Source of the DNA: a virus
Direction: 5' to 3' (one strand)
DNA length: 64,000 bases
IMG/VR virus record: IMGVR_UViG_3300049448_000712
Positions 1 to 9,290 of this stretch are shown here, in pieces. The notes below the pieces were generated by a model. The model saw only the letters and a program-made list of their open reading frames with translations, had not been told where the DNA came from and made no database searches. Position numbers and translations under genes: made by a program. Numbering within the stretch: position 1 is the stretch's first letter; each line of letters opens with the position of its first letter.

Positions 1-1061
1 AGGACCGCGGCGGGCAGAAGAAGGTCGAGAGCGCGCGACCGATGCTGCAGGACTGCCGCTGGTGCGGAGCTCGGCGAATCGACGCGCAGATCGGGCTCGA
101 GGCCTCCGTTGAGCTCTACGTGCAGCGGCTGGTCGAGGTGTTCCGCGAGCTGCGCCGCGTGCTCACGGACGATGGCACGCTGTGGCTCAACATCGGCGAT
201 AGCTACATCACCCGCCCTGGGCAGGGCACGCGTGGCCAGGCGACGAAGCAGTCGTCCACGCTCTCAGGGGGCGTGGGCAACGATGGCGGCAGCGAGCTCC
301 TTGGGCAGGTGCGAGGTGACCGAGACCCGAAGCAGAAGCCGGGTCTGCGCCGGGTCGGCCACCGACCGAACCGTGGAGGCGAGGCGCAGGGGCTCAAGCA
401 CAAGGATCTCATCGGTGTGCCCTGGCGCGTCGCGTTCGCGCTGCAGGCTGACGGCTGGTGGCTGCGCGATGACATCATTTGGGAGAAGCCGAATCCACTG
501 CCGGAGAGCGTGCGCGACAGGCCGACGCGGGCTCACGAGTACGTGTTCCTTCTCTCGAAGAGCCAGAACTACTTCTACGACGCCGATGCGATCAAAGAGC
601 CCGTCGCTGGCACAGCGAAACCGAGAGGAAAAGGTGTCCATCCGAAGGCGGGGAAGAACGAGGCCGTCGAGACCGCGACTGCCACATTGGGTACTAAGCA
701 CCATCGGCTTGAGGGCTTCAACGAGCGGTGGAACGTGCGAGCGAACGCTCGGTTCAGCGCATCGGTGACTGCGCTCGTCGAGAAGCGCAACCGCCGCGAC
801 GTGTGGCGCATCGCTAGCGAGCCGTACAAGGGCTCCCACTACGCCGTCATGCCCTCGAAGCTCGTCGAGCCGTGTGTGCTCGCGGGCTCGGCGACTGGCG
901 ACCTCGTGTTGGACCCGTTCTTCGGCAGCGGCACGGTGGGCGCGGTCGCCATGCGTCACGGTCGCAATTTCGTCGGCATCGATCTCGACCCGAAGAACGT
1001 GGAGCTCGCCAACGCACGCATCATCAGCGAGCTCGTCTCTCAGGAGAAGGCGAGCGCATGA
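1..1061 (+). CDS. DNA methyltransferase, N4/N6 (beta-class) family, 5' end outside window
   Basis: ORF 42..1061 has no in-frame stop upstream to base 1, so the gene likely starts outside the window. It has the LWLNIGDSY segment typical of the region after DPPY, and DPFFGSGT (FxGxG SAM-binding motif I) near the C-terminus. Confidence 0.7.
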   Translation, partial: DRGGQKKVESARPMLQDCRWCGARRIDAQIGLEASVELYVQRLVEVFRELRRVLTDDGTLWLNIGDSYITRPGQGTRGQATKQSSTLSGGVGNDGGSELLGQVRGDRDPKQKPGLRRVGHRPNRGGEAQGLKHKDLIGVPWRVAFALQADGWWLRDDIIWEKPNPLPESVRDRPTRAHEYVFLLSKSQNYFYDADAIKEPVAGTAKPRGKGVHPKAGKNEAVETATATLGTKHHRLEGFNERWNVRANARFSASVTALVEKRNRRDVWRIASEPYKGSHYAVMPSKLVEPCVLAGSATGDLVLDPFFGSGTVGAVAMRHGRNFVGIDLDPKNVELANARIISELVSQEKASA

Positions 1062-1474
1062 ACCGGTTCTTCGCCCTGCAGAAAATGGTCAAGAAAAAGC
1101 CGAAGGGCCGGCTCGAGAAGGACGTGCAGGCCGGCGTCATTGCGTATCTCGAAATGCGCACCGACTGCTGGAGTTGGCGTTCAAACACCGGAGGCGCGTT
1201 CTTCGGCAATTTCTTCGTGAAGTTCGGCAAGCGCGGAGCTCCCGACATCCACGGGCTGCAGGCCCCCGAGGGGCGCTTCTTCGTCGTTGAGTGCAAGCGG
1301 GAGGTCGGCGGCGGGCTCTCCGATGATCAGAAGGCCTGGCGCGACAATTTCGTCAATCACGGAGGCCTCTACATCGGCCCGGCTCGGTCAGTCGACGACG
1401 TGGTCGCAGGTCTGGGACCTGTGCGAGTTCACGTCGTGAAGATCCCGATGAGGAAGCGGGCCATCAGACGATGA
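1058..1474 (+). CDS. VRR-NUC domain nuclease (PD-(D/E)XK superfamily)
   Basis: ATG overlaps the upstream stop as ATGA. The segment APDIHGL...FFVVECKRE resembles the VRR-NUC catalytic core (D...E-x-K). Confidence 0.65.
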   Translation: MNRFFALQKMVKKKPKGRLEKDVQAGVIAYLEMRTDCWSWRSNTGGAFFGNFFVKFGKRGAPDIHGLQAPEGRFFVVECKREVGGGLSDDQKAWRDNFVNHGGLYIGPARSVDDVVAGLGPVRVHVVKIPMRKRAIRR

Positions 1475-1650
1475 GCGAAAAGACCCCAGCGGAGCGCCTC
1501 ATCGCGTTCATGCACTGCGTGCAGCAGCGCGGCCATGACTTCTCGATCTCGGACACCTGCTCGCGCTGCCAGGCACACAAAGGTGATGCGACGATGCTCG
1601 ATCTCCTACGCCACGCGCGCGTGAAGAAGGAGAACCCCTATGCGCAGTAG
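1471..1650 (+). CDS. small hypothetical protein (59 aa), Cys/His-containing
   Basis: ATG 1471 overlaps the upstream stop. It is shorter than the ORF-track cutoff and fills the gap between its neighbours. Confidence 0.3.
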   Translation: MSEKTPAERLIAFMHCVQQRGHDFSISDTCSRCQAHKGDATMLDLLRHARVKKENPYAQ

Positions 1651-1873
1651 CAACGTGCTCGAGGTTCAGCGGGTGCTCGTGAGCTTCATGCGCCACCGCA
1701 GCCTCACCGCCCAGGAGATCGCCCAGCGAGCGAAGTGCAGCTTGCCGTCGGTGTATCGGCGCCTGGAGCGTCTGCGCGAGCTGGGCGTCGAAATCGAAGA
1801 GACGCGAGAGCCGGTGAAGCAGACAGGACCCACGCCGACGAAGTACAGGTTGCTGCGGTATAAGCCGTTCTAG
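1640..1873 (+). CDS. winged-helix DNA-binding protein
   Basis: AQEIAQRAKCSLPSVYRRLERLRELG has a helix-turn-helix pattern. Confidence 0.5.
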   Translation: MRSSNVLEVQRVLVSFMRHRSLTAQEIAQRAKCSLPSVYRRLERLRELGVEIEETREPVKQTGPTPTKYRLLRYKPF

Positions 1874-1888
1874 AGGGAGGAGCACACA

Positions 1889-2260
1889 ATGAATCTGAAG
1901 GACATCGACGTTGAAGTGTTCAAGCGACAGATCGACGAAGAGGTGAAGCGGCGGTTGACCAACTTCGAGAGCGAGCTCAAGTATCGCGCCGACGCGCTGA
2001 AAGTGGCGGCCGAGGACATCACGAAGGCCAGCACAGAAGGCGTGTTCAACCTGCTGAGCCAGATCAGCGACCCACGGTCGCTCGTGTTCACCTCGACGAT
2101 CCCCATGCCGGACGGCTGGCTCAGCAGCGGCGGCGAGCGTCCGGTGCGGCTGAACTTCGGCAGCGGGGACTACCTGCTGGGCGACGTTCAGGACATCACC
2201 CAGTTCTTCGGCGCACGGGTCATTCTCACGGTGATTCCGGCGAAGGGCTCGAAGCCATGA
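1889..2260 (+). CDS. hypothetical protein
   Basis: ORF with GGAGG-like sequence upstream (agggaggagcacacaATG) and coding-like third positions. Confidence 0.5.
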   Translation: MNLKDIDVEVFKRQIDEEVKRRLTNFESELKYRADALKVAAEDITKASTEGVFNLLSQISDPRSLVFTSTIPMPDGWLSSGGERPVRLNFGSGDYLLGDVQDITQFFGARVILTVIPAKGSKP

Positions 2261-2586
2261 GCGACACGAGCGGTCCGGGGCAGCCGGAAGAGCGAAAAAA
2301 CCTCCACGACGGCAGCGATCTCTGCTTTGAGCAGAAACAGCGCGCGAAGCAGGTCGAGCACGAGCTTCACAAGCTCGCCAACCGCCTTGAGCGGGACAAG
2401 GTCGCGAACATCTTTCACCTGCAGGTCTTCGCGTTCAACTGCGACGACAAGAAGCACGACAAGCCCCACACGCTGCATTTCGACTACGTCGCGGGCGGCG
2501 GACGGCTCGACGTGCCGAACAGCCTGCAGACCACCATCAAGGCGCTCGAGCATGCGCTGGCTCAACTCAAGAAGCAGGTCCAGTAG
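2257..2586 (+). CDS. hypothetical protein
   Basis: ORF with ATGA-type overlap with the upstream gene. Confidence 0.45.
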   Translation: MSDTSGPGQPEERKNLHDGSDLCFEQKQRAKQVEHELHKLANRLERDKVANIFHLQVFAFNCDDKKHDKPHTLHFDYVAGGGRLDVPNSLQTTIKALEHALAQLKKQVQ

Positions 2587-3278
2587 TGGAGTCACGACGT
2601 TGGTTCCACACCGAGGCGCAGGCCGAGGTCGCCTCGTTGGGCGGCTACGACGTGCTGTACTCAGATCCTTGCTGGAAGTACCGCGTGCAGGGCGGTCGTG
2701 GCGCAGCTGACAAGCAGTACAAGACGATGAGCCTGGCGGAGCTCTGCCTGCTGCCGGTGGAGAAGCTCGCGTCGGAGAACAGCGTGATGTTCATGTGGGG
2801 CGTCTTCCCGATGCTGTTCGAGGCCGGCGCGCTGATGAAGGCGTGGGGCTTCGAGTACCTGAACTGCGGCTTCATCTGGGTGAAGACGAACCCCATCTCG
2901 CCGACGCCGTTCGTCGGCATGGGGCACTGGACGCGCGGGAACGCCGAGTTTTGCTTGATGGGCAAGCGCGGAAAGCCGAAGCGGGTCGACGCGGCCGTGC
3001 AGCAGATCGTCGAAGACAACCTCGTCGTCGCGCCCGTGGCCGAGCACTCGGCGAAGCCGGCCGAGGTGCGCAACCGCATCACGCGCCTGATGGGAGATGA
3101 CGTGTCGCGGGCCGAGCTCTTCGCCCGAGAGCGTGTGCCCGGCTGGGATTTATGGGGGAATGAAGCACCGCAGTCCAACGTCGTTCTTTTGCCTGAAGGA
3201 GCACAGCATGGGAAAGCAATTGGTGTTCAACAAAGCGTCGGAGAAGGCCTCGGCATCGGAGCTCGCACCGTCGGCTGA
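2586..3278 (+). CDS. MT-A70 family DNA N6-adenine methyltransferase (putative)
   Basis: YSDPCW resembles the catalytic (D/N)PP(W/Y) motif, here non-canonical DPCW. EHSAKPAEV matches the EHSRKP signature of MT-A70 enzymes. The 3' end overlaps the next gene. Confidence 0.6.
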   Translation: MESRRWFHTEAQAEVASLGGYDVLYSDPCWKYRVQGGRGAADKQYKTMSLAELCLLPVEKLASENSVMFMWGVFPMLFEAGALMKAWGFEYLNCGFIWVKTNPISPTPFVGMGHWTRGNAEFCLMGKRGKPKRVDAAVQQIVEDNLVVAPVAEHSAKPAEVRNRITRLMGDDVSRAELFARERVPGWDLWGNEAPQSNVVLLPEGAQHGKAIGVQQSVGEGLGIGARTVG

Positions 3279-3678
3279 TGCGTCTCCGTCACCCCAGGTG
3301 AGCGCTCCGGTCGAGGCTCCGATCGTGGCGCCGCGGACGTTCGAGGAGTGCATGGAGCTGGCTCGCAAAGCCCAGCAGACCGAGAAAGCGATGCTCTGGG
3401 CGACGCTTGCGCAGGCGCATGCCACCAACCGCATCGCTGACAAACTCGACGCGTTCAACGAGTTCGTGGGCGTCTACGACGAGGCCGAGGAAGACGACAA
3501 CGAAGATGCTCCCGACACGCGCTTCGCCGACGTCGTGGCCGAGGGCGTGGCGAGCGCGTACGCTTTGATCAAGGACGACATCTTGAGTCACCCGCTCGTT
3601 CAGATGGCGCTCGCCGCCGCGCAGACGCAGGCGGCTGCGGCCATCGCCCAGATGAAAAACGACAGCACGAAACCGTAA
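3208..3678 (+). CDS. hypothetical acidic protein
   Basis: RBS gaaggag sits 7 nt before ATG 3208. The protein is rich in Ala/Glu/Asp. Confidence 0.5.
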   Translation: MGKQLVFNKASEKASASELAPSADASPSPQVSAPVEAPIVAPRTFEECMELARKAQQTEKAMLWATLAQAHATNRIADKLDAFNEFVGVYDEAEEDDNEDAPDTRFADVVAEGVASAYALIKDDILSHPLVQMALAAAQTQAAAAIAQMKNDSTKP

Positions 3679-3686
3679 CCGCTTGA

Positions 3687-3706
3687 CCATGGCCAAATGG
3701 CCATGG
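3687..3706. terminator. inverted repeat CCATGGCC-AAAT-GGCCATGG just downstream of the stop at 3678; terminator or operator
   Basis: Perfect 8-bp arms with a 4-nt loop, read directly from the sequence. Confidence 0.35.
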
Positions 3707-3782
3707 TAGTCAAGTCGACGGCAGCTTCATCTTCTGAGCGCTCTACCTTCGCACCGTAGAGTTCAATGACGGTGGGGCTGCC

Positions 3783-3995
3783 GTGCCGTTTTCGAGGGGA
3801 GGATCGTTGAAGTTGTCGCAGTGGCTCAAGCAGCAGGGCATGTCCCAGGCCGCGTTCGCGGAGCTCATCGGTTCTGATCAGGGCCATGTCTCCGACCTCG
3901 TGCTGGGCAAACTCCGCCCCCGCGTGAAGAACATCGAGCGCATCGAGAAGGCGACCAAGGGACAAGTGCGGTTCGCGGACTGGGTGAAAAAATGA
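3783..3995 (+). CDS. Cro/CI-type (XRE-like) HTH regulator
   Basis: LSQWLKQQGMSQAAFAELIGSDQGHVSDLV is a typical HTH_XRE/YdaS-like core. The true start may be an internal alternative codon. Confidence 0.5.
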   Translation: MPFSRGGSLKLSQWLKQQGMSQAAFAELIGSDQGHVSDLVLGKLRPRVKNIERIEKATKGQVRFADWVKK

Positions 3996-4213
3996 AGACA
4001 GCAGATGAGTTGGTTCGGCAGATTTGTTCCGAGGTGCTCGGGTCGATTTTCCCCTACGACAGCGAGAAGGACGTGGCGCCGAGACTGGTCGATGATCAGA
4101 TGTACGAGTTGAGCCTGCTCGCGCTGCGCTTGCAGCGCATCCAACTCGAAGTGCGGCAGCGCGGCTGCACCGCCGAAGCTCTTCGCCAGACGCTCTACGA
4201 GGTCATTCGATGA
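3992..4213 (+). CDS. hypothetical protein
   Basis: ORF overlapping its neighbour in operon-like fashion. Confidence 0.4.
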   Translation: MKTADELVRQICSEVLGSIFPYDSEKDVAPRLVDDQMYELSLLALRLQRIQLEVRQRGCTAEALRQTLYEVIR

Positions 4214-4428
4214 GCGAGCACATCATTCTCGCGGTGATCACTACGGGCGGAGCGCTGTTTGGAGTCTTCATGCTCTGTTTGTTCATGAGCGCCAACGGCA
4301 AAGCCACGGTCGATCAGTGGATCGAGGCCCGCAAGGTAGTCAGGCTCGCAGAGCTCGAGGTGAAGAAGATCGAGGCCGAGCACGCGCTGAAGTGCCCGCG
4401 TCTCACTGACACACCGAGGCGCCCATGA
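4210..4428 (+). CDS. small membrane protein
   Basis: Hydrophobic segment ILAVITTGGALFGVFMLCLFM. Confidence 0.4.
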   Translation: MSEHIILAVITTGGALFGVFMLCLFMSANGKATVDQWIEARKVVRLAELEVKKIEAEHALKCPRLTDTPRRP

Positions 4429-4598
4429 GAGCCAAATCGGGAAAGGTGAAGATCTCGATGTCCCTCGAAGAGGCGATCAAACTGATGCAGTGCTTCAAAA
4501 GCTTCAATGAAGGCCGGAACGACTACACGCTGATGCAGGAAGTCGGGGCACCGCTGCTCCGAGAGCTCGAAGGGCTTCTCGCAGGGAGAAATACATGA
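4425..4598 (+). CDS. small hypothetical protein (57 aa)
   Basis: Fills the gap, and its stop overlaps the next ATG (ATGA). Confidence 0.3.
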   Translation: MRAKSGKVKISMSLEEAIKLMQCFKSFNEGRNDYTLMQEVGAPLLRELEGLLAGRNT

Positions 4599-6421
4599 AG
4601 CGTATCCAATTCGCCAAAGGGCTCTCGTTCCCCGACGACGCTGCCACGCAGACGTTCGGCTTCGTCGCGCGCAAGGGCGCCGGCAAGTCGTACGCGGCCG
4701 GCAAACTCGTCGAGGGCCTGTACGCGCACGGAGATCAGTTCGTCGTGCTCTCTCCGCTGCCCAACTGGTACGGCCTGCGCCTGGCAGCTGATGGAAAGCG
4801 CCCGGGGCTCGATGTCGTCATTCTCGGCGGCCTGCGCGGAGACATTCCCCTCGACCCCGGCGCCGGCATGCTCGTGGCCAACGCGGTGCTCGATTCAGGG
4901 CGGAGCTTCGTGCTCGACGTGAGCCAGTTCTCGCTGGGCGAGCGCAAGCGCTTCGTCGCGGCTTTCGGCGAGCAGCTCTGGCAGCGGCAGAAGGCGCTTG
5001 AGGACCCTCGGCCCATTCACATCGTGCTCGAGGAGGCGCAGCTCTTCTTGCCCCAGCAGATCTACAAGGGCGACGAGCACATGGTGGGGATCTGGAACGA
5101 GATCGTCCGCCTGGGCCGCAACTGCGGCATCGGCGTGAGCCTCATCACGCAGCGGCCCCAGAGCGTCACGAAGGAGGCCCTCACGCAGGTCGAGTGCCTC
5201 GTGGTGCTGCAGGTCAACGGCCCCCCGGAGAAGAAGGCGCTCAGGGAGTGGATCGTCGAGAAAGGCGCCGACACGAACCTTCTCGAGGAGCTGCCGTTCT
5301 TGAAGCAGGGCGTCGCGTACATCTGGAGCCCCCAATGGCTGGAGCACTTCGGCAAGCATGAGATCTTCCCGAAGTGGACGTTCGATTCTGGTGCCACGCC
5401 GAAGAGCGGCAAGGCGCGGGTGAAGGCGGAGCTCAAGCCGCTCAACCTCGACGAGCTCAAGGCGCAGATGGCGGAGACGGTGAAGAAGTTGGAAGCCAAC
5501 GACCCGGCTGCGCTGAAGAAGCGCGTGCGTGAGCTCGAGCTCGAGGTTGCGAAGAAGGGCGGAGGCGCGAGCGCCGCAGAGCTCAGCCACCTGCAGGCCG
5601 ACGTCAAACAGCAGCTGCGCGCGGCGGACATCTTCCGAGAGTCGCAGCTCGCTCGGTTTCGCCAAGACATGCAGGAGCAGTTGAACGCCCTGTCGAAGTT
5701 CCTTGCGGCGTGGATCTTCACCGAGAAGGGTTTGATGGCCGAGCTCAAGGCGGCCAGCGACGCCGCGTTACCGAACTTTATGCCCTCGAAGCTCAATGGA
5801 AGCACGTCGCGGTCAAAGACTGCCGTAGGCTCTATGGCAGTGGGCTCTCCGCGAAACGGCGACCAGCGCGAGCACCCGGTTCGTAACCGGGCGGTGCCTG
5901 TACGGGAGGTAAAAGCCGAGAGTAGCGCCTCGGCCGAGGGCTCCATCAACAAGGGTGCGCGGGCGATGCTGCGCGCGCTCGCGTCGCGCGAACCGAACGG
6001 GCTCACGAAGAGCCAGGTCGCGACGCTCGCAGGCCTTTCACCGAGCTCCGGCACGTTCAGCACGTACCTCTCGAAGCTCCGAACGCTGGGCTTCATCTAC
6101 GAGAACCCTGCGACGAGTGAAATCACCATTACTCCGACGGGCTCGGGCGCGCTCGGTGAGCGGGTGAGCCAGCCGAGCTCGACAGAGGAGCTCGTCGCGC
6201 AGTGGAAGACGAAGTTCTCCGGCAAGGTCGGCGAGATGCTGCAGGAGCTCGTCGGGGTTTTCCCGGCTTCGCGCAGCAAGGAGGAGCTGGGCGAGATCGT
6301 CGGCATCACGCCGACGAGCGGTACGTTCAGCACGTACCTGTCGAAGCTTCGCAGCAATGGACTTGTCACCGTTGACCGCAGCACGGGGCAGTTGAAGGCG
6401 AGTGAGGATTTGTTCCTGTAA
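4595..6421 (+). CDS. P-loop NTPase with C-terminal tandem winged-helix repeats (DNA-translocating/segregation or packaging-type ATPase candidate)
   Basis: Deviant Walker A FVARKGAGKSY and Walker B HIVLEEAQLF, followed by a coiled-coil region and two repeated segments, GLSPSSGTFSTYLSKLRTLGF and GITPTSGTFSTYLSKLRSNGL. Confidence 0.7.
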   Translation: MKRIQFAKGLSFPDDAATQTFGFVARKGAGKSYAAGKLVEGLYAHGDQFVVLSPLPNWYGLRLAADGKRPGLDVVILGGLRGDIPLDPGAGMLVANAVLDSGRSFVLDVSQFSLGERKRFVAAFGEQLWQRQKALEDPRPIHIVLEEAQLFLPQQIYKGDEHMVGIWNEIVRLGRNCGIGVSLITQRPQSVTKEALTQVECLVVLQVNGPPEKKALREWIVEKGADTNLLEELPFLKQGVAYIWSPQWLEHFGKHEIFPKWTFDSGATPKSGKARVKAELKPLNLDELKAQMAETVKKLEANDPAALKKRVRELELEVAKKGGGASAAELSHLQADVKQQLRAADIFRESQLARFRQDMQEQLNALSKFLAAWIFTEKGLMAELKAASDAALPNFMPSKLNGSTSRSKTAVGSMAVGSPRNGDQREHPVRNRAVPVREVKAESSASAEGSINKGARAMLRALASREPNGLTKSQVATLAGLSPSSGTFSTYLSKLRTLGFIYENPATSEITITPTGSGALGERVSQPSSTEELVAQWKTKFSGKVGEMLQELVGVFPASRSKEELGEIVGITPTSGTFSTYLSKLRSNGLVTVDRSTGQLKASEDLFL

Positions 6422-7141
6422 ATGCCCGGAGGGGTAATGACCGCTGAAGAAGGTGCGTTGCGAGAGGCGATTCGTCTGGCAGTCAACCGCGTGCTGAACG
6501 ATGGCGAGCTCGATTCGGATCGGATGCGCCGTGTGGAGTTTGCCTCGCGCGGGGGCGCCGAGCTGCTGGCTGCGGTCTATCCGCGTGGTGCGGATATGGT
6601 GCTTCCGAGCGGAGGCGAGCTCGCCGCGCGTATTCAGGCAGAGCGCTACCGGCAGTTGGGCTTCACGCCGGAGCAGATGCGCCCTCGTCCATGGGACGAA
6701 CGCCAGCGCCAAGCCTCGGCCGACGCGCTTACGCGTCTCGCCGCGCTGCAAGGCGTCGGTGAAGATGAGGAAGAGTTGGAAGTCGAAGAGATCGCCGTTG
6801 CCGTCACGCCCAGCCGCGACATCTGGCTGACCGTCGGGCTGGTCTGGAAGGTCTGCAACGCGCTCGATGGCAGCGATGGAGACGTCGTGGAGCATCTCGT
6901 CGAGTTGTTGAACAGCTGCGACGCCAGACCCGACTCGGCGCCCGATGCCATCGTGCCGGTGAACCTGGGAATCTTGCACCTCGCCGCGCTCGCTCTCACG
7001 GACCCAGCCGTTATCGCCAAGCACCCCGAGGCTCCGCAGGTTGCCGACGAGATCGCGAAGGACGTGCTCGAGGCGACGGCGAAGCTCAACGAAGAGGCGT
7101 TGCAGAACGAGTTCGCCGCGAAGGTTGAAGCAAAAGCGTAG
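6422..7141 (+). CDS. hypothetical protein
   Basis: ORF starting immediately after the ATPase stop; acidic and Ala-rich. Confidence 0.45.
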   Translation: MPGGVMTAEEGALREAIRLAVNRVLNDGELDSDRMRRVEFASRGGAELLAAVYPRGADMVLPSGGELAARIQAERYRQLGFTPEQMRPRPWDERQRQASADALTRLAALQGVGEDEEELEVEEIAVAVTPSRDIWLTVGLVWKVCNALDGSDGDVVEHLVELLNSCDARPDSAPDAIVPVNLGILHLAALALTDPAVIAKHPEAPQVADEIAKDVLEATAKLNEEALQNEFAAKVEAKA

Positions 7142-7160
7142 TGCCTACAGGAGAACGACA

Positions 7161-7631
7161 ATGGCCAAGAAGAAAGTGGTGCTCCCCGAGGTGAAGCCGG
7201 GGCAGGTGTGGATCGACAACGATGCGCGTCAAGGCGGCCGGCGCGAGTTGAACGTACGTGAGGTCGTCAAGGGCGAAAAGAGCAAGTCGGACCCGCGCTG
7301 GGTCTGCCAGATCTTCTACGGCGGACGGGACACGGGTCGCATGGCCAAGGTGCGCCAGTCGCGCTTCAAGCCGACGAGCACGGGCTACCGGTTGAAGGAG
7401 GAGAAGCCGAACAAGTCGCCCGCCGCGAGTCTCCCGCCGTGGGCGCCCGTGCATGCCACTGAGCCCTCGGGTACGCCGCAGAGCGGCATGGTGGGCTCGG
7501 TTGGCCCCACGGTCGAGATGATCAAGGTGCCCGTCGAGGTGCCCGTGAAGATGGTCGACCCCGTGACTGAGTGGGGCGCGGGTGGTGCGGCGGCGCTCGA
7601 TGTGGACTCTGGGTCGGAGACGGGGACCTGA
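7161..7631 (+). CDS. hypothetical protein
   Basis: ATG 7161 is preceded by ggagaacgaca. Confidence 0.45.
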   Translation: MAKKKVVLPEVKPGQVWIDNDARQGGRRELNVREVVKGEKSKSDPRWVCQIFYGGRDTGRMAKVRQSRFKPTSTGYRLKEEKPNKSPAASLPPWAPVHATEPSGTPQSGMVGSVGPTVEMIKVPVEVPVKMVDPVTEWGAGGAAALDVDSGSETGT

Positions 7632-8164
7632 TGGCGCTCACGTTCAAGCAGTTCCGAGAGATCAACGTCGAGCGCGCGAAGACCTTTCCGTCGGCGAAGC
7701 AGAACTGGACGCCGGCCGATTGGATGGTCGCGCTCATGGGCGAGGTCGGTGAGCTCGCGGCCGTCATCCCCAATGTGGCCATCGTCGCCGACGATGCAGA
7801 GATGATGAAGCGGGTCATCGCAGCGCTTGGCGCAGTCACAAACACGATGAAGAAGTTGCGCCGGGGCATCGATTACACGAAGGGCAAAAGCGAGGAGACT
7901 TTGCGCAGGGACCTCTTCGTTCAGTTCGCCGGCTTCCTGTGGTGGTCGAACCGGATGGCCGAAGCGTTGTTCGATGGCAGCGTTCCTGTACCGTCGCTGC
8001 TTCCAGTTCTCGAAGAGGGAGACTCAGGTGCCGAGGTCGCCGACGTGCAGACGTACCTCGACCTGCTCGCGAACAGCCTCGCCGTGCCGCCGACAGCTGC
8101 CCTGGTGAAAAAGTTCAACGAGGTCTCGAAGCGCGTCGGCTCGCCGCTGATGCTGGAGGAGTGA
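7631..8164 (+). CDS. MazG-like nucleoside triphosphate pyrophosphohydrolase
   Basis: ALMGEVGELAAV matches the MazG EExGEL motif. Start overlaps the upstream stop. Confidence 0.65.
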   Translation: MALTFKQFREINVERAKTFPSAKQNWTPADWMVALMGEVGELAAVIPNVAIVADDAEMMKRVIAALGAVTNTMKKLRRGIDYTKGKSEETLRRDLFVQFAGFLWWSNRMAEALFDGSVPVPSLLPVLEEGDSGAEVADVQTYLDLLANSLAVPPTAALVKKFNEVSKRVGSPLMLEE

Positions 8165-9087
8165 TGGGCGAGCCCTTCGACCCGGATGCCTGGCAGTTCA
8201 AGCGCGTGCTCGATCACGGCTACGTGAAGCTCATCGACAGCATGGGCAACGACTCGACGGTCGTCGAGGCCGCGCGCATGTCGACGGGGAAGGGCTTTCT
8301 CGGTTGGGAGCCAGCCAAACTCTGCGTGAAGTGCGGCTGTCACGAGTGCTCGCCAGAGGCAGACCTTGGTCCGTGTGGTCCCGAGGGCAAGGACGCGCAT
8401 CGTTTCGCGCAGACGAAAGGCGACGCCCACCTCCTCGAGTTCCTCTACCGCAACAAGCACATGACGCCGTTCGAGATGTGCGAGCTGTCCGTTGAGATAT
8501 ACGCGCCGATCTTCGTCTTCCGAGAGTTGATGCGGCATCGCACGTTCTCGTTCAACGAGTTCTCGGCGCGCTACGCCCAGATGCCGAACGAGCACTATGT
8601 GCCGGATCTGGACCGCTTCACGCCGAAGCAGACGGGCAACAAACAGGCAGATAGCGCCCGGCTCAACGAAGTGGTGAAGGGCCGAGACATCGTTCAACGC
8701 GACTGCGTCGAGAAAGAGCAGCAGCGCCTGTACGAGACCTACGATGCGCTCATCAACGAAGGCGTCCCGAAGGAAGTCGCGCGCATCAACACGCCGGTCT
8801 CTCGCATGTCGCGGGCTCGCATGAAGGGGAATCTTCGCAACTTCCTTCAAATGCTGGCGCTGCGGCTTCCCGAGAGCGCACAGTGGGAGACGCGGCAGTA
8901 CGCGAACGCGGTAGCGGAGCTCGTCAAGCGGCTCTGGCCGCGGACCTGGGCGCTGTTCGAGGAGTACACGCTCGGAGCTGTGACGTTCTCCCGGAGCGAG
9001 ATGCAGGCGCTCAAGCACATGCTCAACCCGGAATGCCTCGATGACTCGCCGGAAGCGAAGGCGGTCTGGAAGAAGGCCTCCCCGTGA
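8164..9087 (+). CDS. thyX: FAD-dependent thymidylate synthase ThyX
   Basis: Exact ThyX signature RHRTFSFNEFSARY (RHRxxSxxxxSxRY). Confidence 0.9.
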   Translation: MGEPFDPDAWQFKRVLDHGYVKLIDSMGNDSTVVEAARMSTGKGFLGWEPAKLCVKCGCHECSPEADLGPCGPEGKDAHRFAQTKGDAHLLEFLYRNKHMTPFEMCELSVEIYAPIFVFRELMRHRTFSFNEFSARYAQMPNEHYVPDLDRFTPKQTGNKQADSARLNEVVKGRDIVQRDCVEKEQQRLYETYDALINEGVPKEVARINTPVSRMSRARMKGNLRNFLQMLALRLPESAQWETRQYANAVAELVKRLWPRTWALFEEYTLGAVTFSRSEMQALKHMLNPECLDDSPEAKAVWKKASP

Positions 9088-9290
9088 TCTGGCAGGAGCA
9101 GCAGTTGCGCGACGACAAATCGCCGCTACAACCGTGGGAGCAGAGACGTGAGCTCTTCCGAGAGATCGACATGCTCCGCGACTATCTCATGCGCATCCGT
9201 GACCAGGCTCAAAGCCATGTGGACGACAAGAACCCTGGCTGGGGTCGCTGGGCTACGACGCTACGGCTCGCCAAGGAAGCGCTCGAGTAA
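9084..9290 (+). CDS. hypothetical protein
   Basis: ORF overlapping thyX in operon style. Confidence 0.4.
   Translation: MIWQEQQLRDDKSPLQPWEQRRELFREIDMLRDYLMRIRDQAQSHVDDKNPGWGRWATTLRLAKEALE

Noticed and set aside
264-959. Minus and alternate-frame ORFs inside the methyltransferase gene (109..768 +, 264..959 -, 203..478 -)
   Set aside because: They overlap a gene with recognisable methyltransferase motifs and have artefact composition.
4895-7024. Long minus-strand ORFs (4895..5665, 5062..6096, 6038..7024) antisense to the ATPase gene
   Set aside because: They are Arg/Ala/Leu/Ser-rich with poor third-position GC and fully overlap a gene with clear Walker motifs. These are typical high-GC antisense artefacts.
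7921-9018. 365-aa minus-strand ORF antisense to thyX
   Set aside because: It overlaps an unambiguous ThyX gene and has Arg/Leu-rich artefact composition.
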